A DNA stretch of 64,000 nt from Somniosus microcephalus (Eukaryota). Each line of letters starts with the position of its first letter. Position 1 is the stretch's first letter. The stretch covers positions 32,302,001 to 32,366,000 of the forward strand of contig CM126234.1 in NCBI GenBank assembly GCA_052327205.1. The letters are read 5' to 3'. Below the pieces are notes generated by a model. The model did no database searches, was not told the DNA's origin, and saw nothing but the letters and a program-made list of their open reading frames with translations. Positions 12,629-26,620 of the stretch are shown piece after piece. Made by a program: the position numbers and the translations under genes.

Positions 12629-14114
12629 GTGAGTAATGTACAGAGAATGGTGGGTATCCAGTTCGATCACAAGCAGTTCAGGACATTTTTATACTTTTAA
12701 CACATTGGAGTGTGATGGACTCTCTCAAAACTTCTATATCGATTAAACTATCCGATTTCTTGAGGCATTACTTATAAAATAGCGTATTCCAACTTACTAC
12801 TGTATAAGGAGCTGATTAACTTGGTCTGTCCCTTTAAGGCCACACAGTCTGGTTGCCCTAACTAGGCACATCCTGAGGCCAGTTATAGGCTTATTCCTGT
12901 TAAGTTCATTCTGAACTCAAATCATAGACTACTACAGCACAGAAGGCGGCCATTTGGCCCATCGTGTCTGCGCTGGGGCAATTTTCTCTATCGATTAGTA
13001 GCTGTTTGTAAAGTCTCCAGGTATTCCCCAAGGTCAAAAGATATCAACAGCAAATGACTGTTGTTGTACTTTTTTTAAGGATGATGTAAATTAGCATAGA
13101 GTACAGGGTGATCCTTGAAGTGTGGTTGTCTCAAAATGCTTTTTCTATCTATAATATATTAAAAATCTTGTGTCTGCATGGACTTCCTGTCAACTTTTCC
13201 CATTTATAAATTCCTATGTCCATATTTATAATGGAAACTCTATATAAACTTGTAATGCTTTAATTACACTCTCCCACCCACGGTGACATTGTAGCGCCAA
13301 AGTTTTGTGTCTCCCAGCTCCTCAGCCTGTATTGCAGAGAAAATCCTAGGATCCAACCAACTCTACCTCTTTCCCAAATTGCAATACGTTTTGGTATTTA
13401 ACTAAAAATAATGAGATAAAATCAAAATTATATAAAAATGACAGAATGGATGACTTTAAAATGGGAACTAAATTACATCTATGCATCCTGGTCCAATTAT
13501 CCCCCGCCCTCTAACCCTGCTTCACCTGAAGATTACACTTGGTCTTTCTTGTCTTCCCGTGTGCAACACAATGGGAGATCAACTAGCAATATATTGCGCC
13601 TCGTGTATGATGGGCACTTCCTATTAGTCTCTCACTTCTGTAACTCTTTACCCTTTGTTGATTTAGCTCAAGGTAAAGCAACAGTAAATCAGAACTGAAG
13701 AGCTACATAGCATTTGAATCAAAGGCAAGGCAAGTAGCTAGAAAGCTGTCGGGGAAGCTATGAAGGGCTTGTGAAAATAACAAATCCTGAATGACCAGTC
13801 AGAAGAACCTACCAATAATCATTTTAAAAAAGCACCAACCAAATCACTCAGTTTTTGAAACCGAAATCATTCCCAATTTTTCCTTTCTGAAAATTCTGAT
13901 GTCCGAAATGAGATTTTGAACAAAATAGAAACAGAAAATTAAGTTTTGTAAGACTGTGACTAAATTTGCAACTGGGCAGGAGCTGATATTGTGAAAAGGG
14001 AAATCTATCTGCTTTGTATATATTCTGTGAACTTAAAGCTGTCTGAAAAATGGCACACTGATTGATCTCCGTTCTTTATTGTCCAAATGTGTAAAATGCC
14101 TCTTTTGACTTTAG

Positions 14115-14221
14115 ACAAAACTATTCGACAGTATGAGTTTGCTGAAGTGCTGAAGAGAAGTATTTGCCTTGAACAGAACACCCAGGCCTGGTGTGAAAAC
14201 TGTGAGAAGTACCAGCCTACG
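14115..14221 (+). CDS. PAN2: PAN2 coding exon (KTIRQYEFAEVLKRSICLEQNTQAWCENCEKYQPT)
   Basis: tttag| ... |gttagt, 107 nt. Confidence 0.94.
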
Positions 14222-15105
14222 GTTAGTATATTTGGGCTGGGGGGAATTTTCAGCCGGTAAAGTCTTGGTATATTTGCCAGCAGCTGTGTATAAAACCAGA
14301 ATTACACCACGACCTGACCTAATGTGTGATGTATGGGGTATAATGGGTCAGTTGGAAGGGAGTAACCTGATGAGCGGGCTCAGGTCATGGTGTCAACTTC
14401 TGAGAAGTTTGAGGGGTTTGTCCGATTGTTTTAGAATGTCCTAACTATTCTTGTGTATTGAGACTGTTTAGTAACCTATGAAAGGTGATTTTAGATTCAG
14501 ATTTGATTAAGTTTGGTACACATATTCATACATATTCCAAATTAACACTATGTAGCATTTCATACATTGTGAAAATGTGCAAATTGGGTTGTATTAATCA
14601 GTGAAGAAGTACAGGAACTGTTGACTCCCCATTTATGTAGCTAATGGAAAGATTTTTAGCATTTAAATAGGAATCTTACTGCAAAAGTAAAACAGCTGTG
14701 CACTTCCAGCATTGTTAATTTTAATGATTCGTTATTCTCAAAAGTCCAAATTCCTTGATTGATTAATTCAGTTTACAATTTGTCAAGACACCCAAGAATA
14801 CCTTTTACATTTGAATGTAGCAGGGCCATTACAGCCTATCTGCAGAAAATAATAATTGAACTGTTCCAAAAAATTCTAAAAAAAAACCAAGGCTGCCTGG
14901 TTCACTAGCAGTGCCATGAAGTAACAGGTTGCAGCCTGTGATTACTCTCGCAGGGTATTTCTGGTCTTTGAGCTAAGTGGAAATTAGTGCCTTTCATATC
15001 ACCATTGTGCCATCTTGTGGCACTGTATCAAAACATGTGCCGTACACTGCCACAAATCAATCTGTTAAAGTTCCAGTGTTGACTGGACATTGTGTTTTGT
15101 TCCAG

Positions 15106-15204
15106 GTTCAAACCAGGAATATTCGATGCTTGCCTGATGTTCTTGTTATTAACTGTGAAGTTAACAGCACAAAGGAAGCTGAATTCTGGAAATGCCAAGC
15201 TGAG
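15106..15204 (+). CDS. PAN2: PAN2 coding exon (VQTRNIRCLPDVLVINCEVNSTKEAEFWKCQAE)
   Basis: ttccag| ... |gtctgt, 99 nt. Confidence 0.94.
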
Positions 15205-15220
15205 GTCTGTAAAAAAGAAA

Positions 15221-15685
15221 AAAAAGACTTGCATTTCTACAGCGCCTTCCACGACCACTGGACGACGTCCCAAAGCACTTTACAGCCAATGAAGTACTTT
15301 TGAAGTGTAGTCACTGTTGTAATGTGGGAAATGCAGGAGCCAATTTGCGCACAGCAAGCTCCCACAAACAGCAATGTGATAATGACCAGATAATCTGTTT
15401 CTGTTATGTTGATTGAGGGATAAATATTGGCCCAGGACACTGGGGGGAACTCCCCTGCTCTTCTTCGAAATACTGACGTGGGATCTTTTACATCCACCTG
15501 AAAGAGCAGATGGGACCTCGGTTTAACATCTCATCCAAAAGACGGCACCTCCAACAGTGCGGCGCTCCCTCAGTACTGCACTGGGAGTGTCAGCCTGGAT
15601 TTTGTGCTCCAGTCTCTGGAGTGGGACTTGAACCCACAACCTTCTGACTCAAAGGCGAGAGAGAGTGTTGCCCACTGAGCCACGT
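15221..15685 (-). mobile_element. Deu-domain SINE, full length
   Basis: Same family as 9030-9958 with a single 33-bp unit; its tail sits ~15 nt from a PAN2 donor site. Confidence 0.85.
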
Positions 15686-16984
15686 CAAAGAGGAATTAAT
15701 TGTCATTATTTCAAAATTACTTGCTTTATAAATCTGCTAGAATTATTTTAAGGGGTTACATCCCAATATGGAAAGTAGGAAGTGGTCTTCTCTCTTTTAA
15801 GGAGATTCTGGAATTAACAAATAAAGCAAAAATGGAAAATGTAAAAGAAAAAAAGTCTTGCATTTATATAGCACCTTTTACAACCTCGCAGCATCCCAAA
15901 GTGCTTTGCAACCAACAAAGTACTTTTTGAAGTGTAGTCTCTGTTGTAATGGAGTTCCTAACTTGTGCAGACTTGGGTGGCGAGGAAAGGAGATGACTCC
16001 AACATTTCCCTAGTTGAAGAGAAAGTCAGTGGCAGTAACTGCAGGCAACTTTGGAGCACCTCTTCAGTGGCTAGTTGGAGCGGTGTTGGTAGGTGCTTGA
16101 GAGCAGGTTGCCTGATGGAATGAAATGTGCTGCAGTGGTTTAAGGGAATGTAAAAAGCTGAGAGAAGCTTTAAATGGGAGAAAATTGAGGAACTGTATTA
16201 TCAGAGCCCAGCATGCTGCACCAGAATATGACAATGTGGGTTTGCTGCCTCCGGCTAAACTTCCATTCTCAGTTGTGTTGTTATGGGAGGTTTCTGAACA
16301 AAGCTCAGACACTCTCGCAAGGAACGAGAGAAAAGCAGAATGAATCATTCCGAGGCCACTTTATCACATCTCCCAGTAGCCAGACTCGGAGCAGTATGCT
16401 GGATGCTTAGGAGCTGGTTGGCTGTGTCATGGGAAGGCAAAGGAGGGGTGAGCGAGATAAAGTTACCTTTTTGAAAGGAGGGCATTTTCCTTCCAAAAGG
16501 AGAATAAATTAACAAAACTAATCAAAACTGCATGCACTGGTTGAAGAGAGAGGGAATTTCTTCATCCCGAGCTGATGACTGGCCTAAGACGATGATTTAT
16601 TTGCCCCCTTAATCACTGAAATTTTACTTTGGCGATAACTACCCCCCCCCCCCCCCCCCCCATTTTATTGACATCTGTTACATTTGTGTCTTCAGATCTA
16701 ACTTTCATCAATCCGTTTTGCTGCTTCAGTATACCTTGTATTGTACAATATGTTGCACAGACTTGCTGTGTGTAGCTATTCAAAATGATGTTTGATTTTC
16801 AAAAAGGCTATCGATCCAAGAATGATAGTTCTGTGGGAGAGATACTCGGTTCATTTCTGTAGTGGCCATTCATTTATCTAATAGCTGGTCCTGCCATACA
16901 GGCAATGCTGTATCGGATCAAACTATTGTACCAGTCAGGTGATATTTTGATAAGGATCAAATACCGGACACACTTTATGGTTAA

Positions 16985-17420
16985 ATAGGAACAGGAGGCG
17001 GTCATTCAGCCCCTCGAGCCTGTTGGTCCATTCAGTTAGATCATGGCTGATAAATACTATTTTAAATTTCAACTGTCCTAGCATCCACAGCCTTTTGGGG
17101 GCGAGAATTACAGATTTTTACTACTCTTTGTGTGGAAAAACTGTTTGCTGATTTCACCCCTGAACGGCCTGGCTCTAATTTTAAGGTTATACCCACTTGT
17201 TCTGGACTGCCCACCACATACCAGAGGGAATAGTTTCTCTGTATCTACCCTATCAAATCTCTTATTCATTTTAAATGCCTTGATTAGATCATCCCTCAAC
17301 CTTCGATACTCAAGGGAATACAAGCCAAGCTCATGCAACCTTCCCTCATAATTTAAGCGGTGGTGTCATGCTGGTGAATCTGCACTGTACCCCTTTCCAA
17401 GTCCAATATATCTTTGCTGA
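16985..17420 (-). mobile_element. CR1-clade LINE 3' fragment
   Basis: Minus-strand peptide LGLYSLEYRRLRDDLIKAFK is a CR1 ORF2 C-terminal motif. Confidence 0.8.
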
Positions 17421-17931
17421 AGTTCGTTGCTACGAGGTGTACTACTGTATTGTACAGACCAGGAAGGTTCTAGATTTGACCTGGTATGTGCTAAGTTAGC
17501 TTATCTTAGCCAGGGCAGCAGTTGGGACTCTACAATTTGTTTCTGCTACCTACCCTAGCTCTGGGTTACTATCAGCCAGGGCTCCCACTCTGGATTACTA
17601 TTCAGTAATCCCTGCTAGAAAGTGCACGTGACTGGACGTCAGGTGAGGATGGGATTGAGCTCCGCTACAGTGCCCTTCGTGGCAAGTGCTTGTAGGGGCT
17701 GTTGAGTGAGAACAGGATGGGGTTTGACTGATCCTTTCTATGCCTGAATAGCATGCTGACTCGCTGTTTAGGGTCACGTGAATAATGGCCACTTAAATGA
17801 GATACCAGGTACTCTGAGTCAGCATGTTCAGCAGAGGAGAAAATTGGGGATGGGGGCAGTTTAAATACAACTTTACGCTGGTGGCTTAAAGTTTTTGAAT
17901 ATTGCTATAGTGATGTTTTATTTTGTGACAG

Positions 17932-18005
17932 TACGAATTGCACAACAAAATGAGGAAGGAAGATTTGGAAGCAATGAAAATGAAAGAAAATAACCCAACA
18001 GAATG
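17932..18005 (+). CDS. PAN2: PAN2 coding exon, divergent linker (YELHNKMRKEDLEAMKMKENNPTEW)
   Basis: gacag| ... |gtaggt, 74 nt; the phase bridges the neighbouring exons. Confidence 0.8.
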
Positions 18006-18204
18006 GTAGGTTTGCTTTTTTCAGTCCTTTTCTTTCAGCATGAGTGACGAGTTTGTTTATAATGTAACTTAGTTCAAGTGCTTTTATTTAATAACATTGG
18101 GAGAACTGCATGTGCACGCACAATTACCTTCCCTTTGTGTTCAGTTCAAGAACAACATATTGTCTCTCAGCTGTTCACGAGAAACAAGAGTTCCTGGCCC
18201 AAAT

Positions 18205-18239
<35 letters not shown>

Positions 18240-18858
18240 AGAATGCTTACAAAGTGGGTGTAATATCACAGATTGATATCTAAGGGTAGACCTTTGTGCC
18301 TGTGATACTCTGATCTGTGCTCATAGTGAGCCAGATATTTCAGTGAAGGAGCGAACTAGGAAAATCTACCCTCCAGTTTTGGAAGGGCTTTGAAGACTGG
18401 TTTATACTCCTATGGTCTGTCATCAGAACCCACATTCCAGTTAGTTTATTACACTGTAATTCAAATAAATGATCCAGTCAATGGGAAATGATGTGCGCAA
18501 AACTCCACCTTTCCCCTCCTGCCATGGTGAATGAATACTTGGATCTGTTATACCACCAGCCAGCCCAGAATTGTTTTTTTTCCTCCCCAAATCTGTCTTC
18601 TTACATAGAGCTTGTTGGACCTTCTAAATGTGCTTAGTTAGAAACTATACATAATTTTAGATGCTTTAGTGTAAACAGTGGATAGGAAACATTTAACAAA
18701 ACAGTCATGGTATTACCATCAAGAATTCCAGTAAACAGTGTTTGGGGACTGTGGAGCAATGTGACAACACAACCTCGTGTGACTGCTTTTAATTATCTGA
18801 AGATTTCAGCTGCTACAGCAGACCATTGCTTGGTGTTCTGGGTATCCATTTGCTTCAG

Positions 18859-19766
18859 AGATCCCTGCACCTCCTGAACATGACCAGCCAGCATCTCTGT
18901 ACAGAACTGAGATCCCTGCACCTCCTGAACAAGACCAGCCAGCATCTCTGTACAGAACTGAGATCCCTGCACCTCCTGAACAAGACCAGCCAGCATCTCT
19001 GTACAGAACTGAGATCCCTGCACCTCCTGAACAAGACCAGCCAGCATCTCTGTACAGAACTGAGATCCCTGCACCTCCTGAACAAGACCAGCCAGCATCT
19101 CTGTACAGAACTGAGATCCCTGCACCTCCTGAACAAGACTAGCCAGCATCTCTGTACAGAACTGAGATCCCTGCACCTCTTGAACAAGACTAGCCAGCAT
19201 CTCTGTACAGAACTGAGATCCCTGCACCTCCTGAACAAGACCAGCCAGCATCTCTGTACAGAACTGAGATCCCTGCACCTCCTGAACAAGACCAGCCAGC
19301 ATCTCTGTACAGAACTGAGATCCCTGCACCTCCTGAACAAGACTAGCCAGCATCTCTGTACAGAACTGAGATCCCTGCACCTTCTGAACAAGACCAGCCA
19401 GCATCTCTGTACAGAACTGAGATCCCTGCACCTCCTGAACAAGACCAGCCAGCATCTCTGTACAGAACTGAGATCCCTGCACCTCCTGAACAAGACCAGC
19501 CAGCATCTCTGTACAGAACTGAGATCCCTGCACCTCCTGAACAAGACCAGCCAGCATCTCTGTACAGAACTGAGATCCCTGCACCTCCTGAACAAGACCA
19601 GCCAGCATCTCTGTACAGAACTGAGATCCCTGCACCTTCTGAACAAGACCAGCCAGCAATTCAGTACAGAACTGAGATCCCTGCACCTCCTGAACAAGAC
19701 CAGCAAGCAATTCAGTACAGAACTGAGATCCCTGCACCTCCTGAACAAGACCAGCCAGCATCTCTC
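18859..19766. repeat. 51-bp minisatellite, ~18 copies (agatccctgcacctcctgaacaagaccagccagcatctctgtacagaactg)
   Basis: Near-perfect tandem array in a PAN2 intron; explains three 300-aa repetitive ORFs. Confidence 0.98.
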
Positions 19767-20114
19767 TCAAAGAACAGAGGGAACCCATGAAACTACATCA
19801 AAATGAAGTTTTGAAAAAAATGCCCATTTCTTTTACTGTCCCATAAGCATTTTCTTTTTATTTCTCAAGTAAGCAGTCTTTTTTCAAAAGGAAGCAAATT
19901 AAGTTATTTTGCTAACTATTAATATATCTGAAATTGCACATAACTGGTATAAATAGAATAGCCCATGGCTACCTTTTCTGGTATGGTATTTATATAATTT
20001 GCAAACCTGACCGATGGTATCCCACTCGTCTCCTGGGATGATCTCTATCATCACTTGAGCGATCGTACATAATACAAAGTTCCATTTACAAGTAGATGCT
20101 TTAATTTTTTTCAG

Positions 20115-20256
20115 GGAAGCACTTTGTAACGCAGAAGGGCTAAGCTTCTATACATCAATTGAGGAACTGAAAAATATTTGGATCCCATGTTCTATCAAGA
20201 TGAAGCTGACTAAAAATAAGGAGCTGGAAGTCACAAATTGGACTGAAAATGAAGGC
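20115..20256 (+). CDS. PAN2: PAN2 coding exon (EALCNAEGLSFYTSIEELKNIWIPCSIKMKLTKNKELEVTNWTENEG)
   Basis: tttcag| ... |gtatgt, 142 nt. Confidence 0.9.
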
Positions 20257-21881
20257 GTATGTAACTATTTCTAGGCTTTTATCCCTTGATGTATCTTTAC
20301 TAACCTTCCCTTAAAGGATTGATTCTGATGTCTGTAACGTTTTAGTGAGGATCAGAAAGGTAATCAAACACTAAATCCAGGTGACGGTACAGTGGAGCTG
20401 TAATAGGAAAGCTCATATAACCAGGTTATGATCTGAATTGATGGAATTGCAAAGCAGGGGCTCGGCAGTTCCCCTTTTAGTTGGAAAATTCAGAGGGTGA
20501 GCTGCTGTACACGTTTTAATGGCCAGTTACAGAGCAGCTTGGGCTCAGAGGTGGAAGCAGATTGCATGCACATATTTTTCCTGAGGGGGTTAGTGTCTCT
20601 TCCACAACACATGAAAAAATTGTACACATTTGAGGGCCATAACCTGGAGAAAAGACTGTTTAAACAGAAAATTGTCTTGACTATTTCGTTTGCAGTTAAT
20701 GAATTTTTCTGGTTACAGAAATGTTTGCAGCATTTATTCCTTTAAATTATTATACAGTAATATTAAATTTGAGGTGTAAAACCATTGGCATTCAACTGGT
20801 TATGTAAGTAACTCACTTTTGCACAGTAAAGTGCATAGGAGCTGTTGACTAAACTGAAATACTGCAGTATCTGTTATAGCTACTAGAGGGAGCATTGCTA
20901 CTTGTATAGCTCACTGCGAGCCTAAGTGGCAGAAGCCTGGTATCAGTGTTCATGCAAGGTGGGTCCTTGTAATCTACTGGAGGATTGGAATATTCTGTAC
21001 TGGACCCCCCTGTCCATTTCTCCTTCATGGCTGGTAATACCTAATACAACTCGGCTTCAGTTTAGTTGTAAGCGGTTTCAAAAATGTTGTCCATTAATTA
21101 TATTTAATGCCACTTGTTGCATCCTGTTTAGAAATGTGCTGACCTGCATGCCCTCCCAGGGTTTCTTAAAGGGATTGAAAGTACCTTGTGTTTAGTCTCT
21201 GATAATGTATATTTTGCACATACTCCTATGTTTCCTATAGCATGCAAATCAATTTAGTTGTAGTCAGGATACTGGAAATTAAGACTTTTAAATATAACAT
21301 TTCTGTAATTCTGATTTGCCATATTTTAACACTAATTTTTTTAAAAATTATTAAAACCCATTTTAAAAGAATAGCCAGACTAGACACAGGTGGTAGACAG
21401 ATTGAGATGTGAGGCTCAACCATGATGTTGTACAGATCTACATCTCTGCAAAGGGGAAAGGAAGGGAAGCTGTCTCTCTCTCGGAGTTGGAGAGCGAGAC
21501 CCCAGGACTGTGCCTAATGATTCACTGAGTGGTGTGGGGGGGGGAGGGAAGGGAAGCGACCTGGGAAACATTAATTTTAAAGATGTTTTGGAAATTACAT
21601 ATGGTTTCCACATTCCAACTTTATAGTTTAACTTTAACAGCGCAATTTTATGTTAATAACATAAATCTATTTTAAAGAGGCCCTTTTTTAGATGCTTTGA
21701 AATAATGAACATCAGAGCAGCTTTTACTTTTTAGTTAAAAAAATTCAAATGCATCAATATTGAGTTTGGTGTTTATTCAGTATGTTAATTTCCAGTACTT
21801 TCAAACTAGAACTCATTTGTTATGTAGAAGTTATTGAGCAAAGTAAGGTGGCTTACTGTTTACCGTGGTCCTGTCCTCTAG

Positions 21882-22019
21882 CTGAGTCCTTCAGAAGATG
21901 AGGAGAACACCTACTTGTACGATCTGGTAGTGACCGTGGCCCACATTTTAGATCCTCGGACTGGAGGCAGTCTTGTGGCTCATATTAAGGTTGGGGAAAC
22001 ATATCACCAGCGGAAGGAG
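21882..22019 (+). CDS. PAN2: PAN2 coding exon (LSPSEDEENTYLYDL...HIKVGETYHQRKE)
   Basis: ctctag| ... |gtacag, 138 nt. Confidence 0.92.
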
Positions 22020-23167
22020 GTACAGTATAATTTAGGTCCAAACATGTCTTGAAACTGGCATATTTTAGTGTGTCAATAGAGTGGTATTATCAGGAGTAAA
22101 ACAGCTAATGTACTTTGTTGAAAAACTTAGAATTTTGCCTATGAAATATTCTATATGCTTCACTTTTCAAAACAAAACTTTATCAAACATTCATAATCAA
22201 GGATTGCTATCAGTATAACTGAAAATATATTTCTATAATACATTAATAAATGCAGTGTCTGGTATAGTTTGCCCTTCAAACCTTGCTGAATGTAAATGCA
22301 AGGAAACCTTTTCCAAATGCTTCCCCCCCTCCCCCCCACGCCTTTAAAAATTACGGCTACCAAAAAATGTGCTCACTTTTATTTTTACGGATGAGTATCT
22401 CAGCTCATGGTGATCATTCGAAAGCGTCAGTAAGGTCGTCTTCCTTTTCTGCCACAGTTGTTTTTTGCTGCCAGATGTTTTCTACACCTGTAATGAGAGT
22501 GGGCTGTTCCAGCCTGCTGTAAGTGATGCAGTTACCTCGACTGCTGTGCCAAGTTTTGTTAGAGGGGAAAAAAATCAAGTTTACGAAATGTAAAGCAGGG
22601 TAATATTGTAAGATGCATCATTTTAGGATCTTGGCAGATCATTAATTGACCTTGTTGCAGCCGGACCCGAAACTCCTGTCCACTGTCCTTCCAAAACAGT
22701 GGAAGTAATCTCGGAAACCTTATCATGTGAGATTTCAATGAGCAGAGATGGAGATTTGGCAAATGGCAGTTGCTAATTTTAAAATGCAAGAACCTTTCTA
22801 TTTTTACAAGTCATAGGTTGGTATTTGGCAAGGTTTTACCACTGAGCCACCAGCACTTTAAACCATAGATTTCCAAACTTGGTCCCTGGACTCAAGCCTG
22901 CACTACAGCATCACTGAGGGCATCAGGTTCTGTATTTGTTGACTTGCTAGAATACTATTTCTGTTGCTGTATATTAATAATAAAAACATTCTCTGCAATG
23001 ATAGCACTGTTTTCATTTGGGTAGCTGACACTCTTTTGGAATTAGGACAGGGGCCCTTGGGAATGTGTTGATGTTTGCAAGGGTTCCCCAATGCAGTAAT
23101 GTTTGGAAACTGCTGCCTTAAGCCAGGGTTTAACATCTGTATCTCATGCAGTATTCTTATGTTTCAG

Positions 23168-23227
23168 GGTGTCACTCACAAACAGTGGTATCTGTTTAAT
23201 GACTTCCTCATAGAACCAATTGACAAG
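23168..23227 (+). CDS. PAN2: PAN2 coding exon (GVTHKQWYLFNDFLIEPIDK)
   Basis: tttcag| ... |gtaata, 60 nt. Confidence 0.95.
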
Positions 23228-23938
23228 GTAATAAATGATTAGTGACTCATTTTTATCTTTTTCATGGTGTTTTGTAACCATATTGAGGGGGAGGGGAAGG
23301 GACAATTCTGCTGTCCTCTTATTTGTAGAAAAATTTGAAATGCATTCTTTGTGTCTGTTTGCGATTTTGCCCTAAGTACCAATTAGGAATCTTTCTCCAT
23401 GAAAGGTTATGTAAATACAGATTACATAAAATAATTCTCCTCTCTTTCCCACCCCTGATGTATGTTGGTAGCCTGGTGGAAGCAAACTGACTATCGATAC
23501 TACTCCTGCTAAGGAAAGTGCCACTACAGTCATTCGTAACCCATAACTCCACATGGTGCTGAGTTTCAGATTGCGACTGTGTCACTGCAGGGAAGCGTGA
23601 GTGGAGCCAGGAGCTTTAATGTGCAGAGAAAAGATCACTCTTGCACAATTTCTAGTGATGGTTTCAGAGTAGTAGTGACATAGTAAGTGGAAGGGGAGGG
23701 GCAAAAGAGATGCCTACCCTCAATAAAATGTATTTATGTCTCTGCCCCACCTATGATAGTGACCAATCGAGTGGAACAGTATAAAGGTATCCTAGTGAAC
23801 TGTGCCAGAGTATGGAATGCAGGTTTGTGCCCTGGTTCCATGTATAGCAAGCTCCCAACATTAGTTGGCTGACCAGTAAGACATTTTTGAAGATTGTTGA
23901 GATTGGGGTTTATTTAAATGTTTGCATTTTTTTTGCAG

Positions 23939-24029
23939 TGTGAAGCTGTGCAGTTTGATTTGAGTTGGAAGATCCCCTGTATTCTATACTACGCTCGGCG
24001 GAATCTGAATTCCAAGTACGATTTAACCA
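23939..24029 (+). CDS. PAN2: PAN2 coding exon (CEAVQFDLSWKIPCILYYARRNLNSKYDLT)
   Basis: ttgcag| ... |gtaggt, 91 nt. Confidence 0.93.
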
Positions 24030-25389
24030 GTAGGTAACATTTAATTCATGAATTGCTGACTGGAGATGAATAGGCTGATCTGAAAGAAGCCCAAATCTAC
24101 TCCACCTCCGCTACAGCAGAATTTGGGCAGTGCTTTGCATGCTGCAGTTAGGTGGTTGTCCCCTAACAGTATATGTGTAAACGTGGCAAGAAAAAGTGGG
24201 GCCTCCTGTCCAGTGGCCATATAAGAGAGAGATGCTCCATGATGGCTGTAAGCGAGGAAAATCTGGATGGTAAAACAGAACTAACAGACTCGGGTGTTAC
24301 CCAGATCAATAGTTTATTACGAGTGCACACGGGAGAACCACCTCAGCCAACCCCAGCTGGAGGCACCGTTCTCAGAGGAAAAGTGACAATACAGCTTAGT
24401 TTATACAGTTTATTAGACAACACCCACTTATTACTAATGGGGTGTATACATGGGAATATTGATACTTCATTGGTTTACATGGTTAATCAATCAACTACTA
24501 AGCCTGTCCTTCGAACTCGAGTACCCCCTGAATACGTCAGTAAAAAGCTTGTCGACTGTAGGAGACTTCATATTCATGAGCTATCTCTTACTCTTGTTAT
24601 CGGTATGGGAAAGTATTTTCCAGCAGAGACATGAAAATCTGGATACAAAGCCACATTGAATTATGCAGCTGGCTGACTACTTCTTCAAGGCCTTATTTGC
24701 TGCTGCTTCTTAATCGTGCCTTTGTACTCTTATCTCCTCCAAGAACAGGCAACATTTCAGAATGCCTTTGGTCAGCTAATTTCTATTTGTTAGTCTAAAA
24801 GGGTTAATATAGCCAAGTATCCCATGGTGCTTTGCGTTTGTTTTCCAGCTAACAAGGCTAAATGGTACCTTTCAGATAGTTTTATACCGGTCGAATATTG
24901 AGGACCCCTTTATATCCCTTAAACCAAATTTTATCCTAACAATGGCTCAGTGGGTAATGGTAATGGCACTGTTCAGTGTAATCTTGAGCTGTACAGACCA
25001 GAAAGATCCCATGTTTGAATCCCAGTCTCTGCTGAGTTTGCTGACATCGCCTGGGGCAGCAGAAAGGATTGCTTCAGCACCTCTGGGCTAGAGAACTGGA
25101 AAATCATCCAGGGTCCCTGCTGCTGATCACTATCCACTCATGAAGAATGACTACTTGGGCAAGGTACAGGAGGGCTGCCATCCCATACACAATTGTGGTC
25201 CAGAATGAGTCCGTGCCTTTAGCAGAGAAAACTGGTGCAGTGTAGGGGCGGGGGGAAGCAGAGACTTTATAGCTGCATGCAAAACCATCTTGGTTTTTAA
25301 AGAGAAGCTTTTATGCTAAAAATGCATTTTTCAGTAGTTTTAATTGCAAACAAAGCCCACTGACAACTGTGGGCTGTTGCTGCTGCACT

Positions 25390-25559
25390 CAACGTTCCCG
25401 TTGAGCTGTGCGGCCACGCAACAGTCTGGAGTCCTGTGCAGGCCAGGCCGCTCACCGGCTTTTCAATGCAAGAAACCGCGCATGCGCAACAATGTGAATG
25501 GACCGCGCAGCCAATGAAAGGGACCACGCACCCAGGAAATAAAATTAGAGGGAACGTTG
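25390..25559. mobile_element. hAT-type MITE
   Basis: Perfect 10-bp TIRs CAACGTTCCC / GGGAACGTTG and 8-bp TSD GCTGCACT (25382-25389, 25560-25567). Confidence 0.9.
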
Positions 25560-26462
25560 GCTGCACTGTGGAGTAATCCAGTTCTTAACAGTTCTTCTTT
25601 AACTTTCTGGTGCTTCCTGTGGTATGTTGTTGGTAGGACAACATAACTAGCAGCCTGTGCCGTTTTTGCACAGCACAATTAGCTCATTCGACTTGCCACA
25701 GAATAATACTTAAAACATAGATGTGAATAAGGCAGCCAGAATGCGATACATAAAGGAGAAGCAATTTTTATTTTGCTAGTTAAAATGTTGGTGTGTGTTG
25801 GATTTCTCTGCCAACAGCAGAAGGTATTGAACACTTACTGGAGGAGATTGTTTGTAAACTATTTAAAGGGGACTGTTTTAATGATTCTCGTACCTTTATC
25901 TTTTTCCCATCCTGACTTTCTTTTTATTCATCCCTTTCCTTTATTTAGTTTTACAAAGAATTTACAGCACCGAAAGAGGCCATTCGGCCCAACAGGTCTG
26001 TGCTGGTGACCTGTTCATATAGGGGTTTGGCTTTTCTGTTGAAACAATCAAATGTGTCTCTTTTCTCTGTGCCTAATTCAGTCTGTGTATTTCCCATAAT
26101 GTATTTTAAATGAAACACACCAGTAAATAATTCCAATATTTTGCTAAATAATAAATATCTATTAAGTGTATCCCAAACACAGCAATGATATCATTCGAGG
26201 GGTGCGCACAATTTGCTGCGCTATTCTTGCTGTGGGAATTCTGAGGCAGCCATTTTGTAAATGGCCAGAATGCTGGGGCCCGAAACCTGGCTGATTTGGT
26301 GGTGCTGCCATTTTTTTTCATTCCTGTGTCCAACTTGGGGATATTTTTCTCATAGCTGAGTTGAATTGCCAATATTTTCTAATCTCCAGTGCGTACACTG
26401 ACCAGCTAATTACACGCCCACTTTATCAGTAACCTTGAAATTGTTTGTTTTTCCCCTTTCAG

Positions 26463-26620
26463 TAAAGAATCCAATTGAAACTAGTGTTTTGCTGGCAGAG
26501 GCATCTCTTGCTCGAAAGCAGCGAAAGTGTCATGCAACTTTTATCCCACTAATGCTGAATGAAATGCCCCAGCTCAGTGACTTGGTGGGCTTGGATGCAG
26601 AGTTTGTCACACTGAATCAG
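26463..26620 (+). CDS. PAN2: PAN2 coding exon (KNPIETSVLLAEASLARKQRK...VGLDAEFVTLNQ), ExoI motif
   Basis: tttcag| ... |gtacgt, 158 nt. Confidence 0.96.

Noticed and set aside
18793-19806. Three ~300-aa ORFs; CRISPR-like appearance
   Set aside because: Pure 51-bp tandem repeat with no unique spacers; the ORFs follow from a stop-poor unit.
24173-24634. 153-aa ORF in a PAN2 intron
   Set aside because: No recognisable domain; partly overlaps a degenerate repeat.
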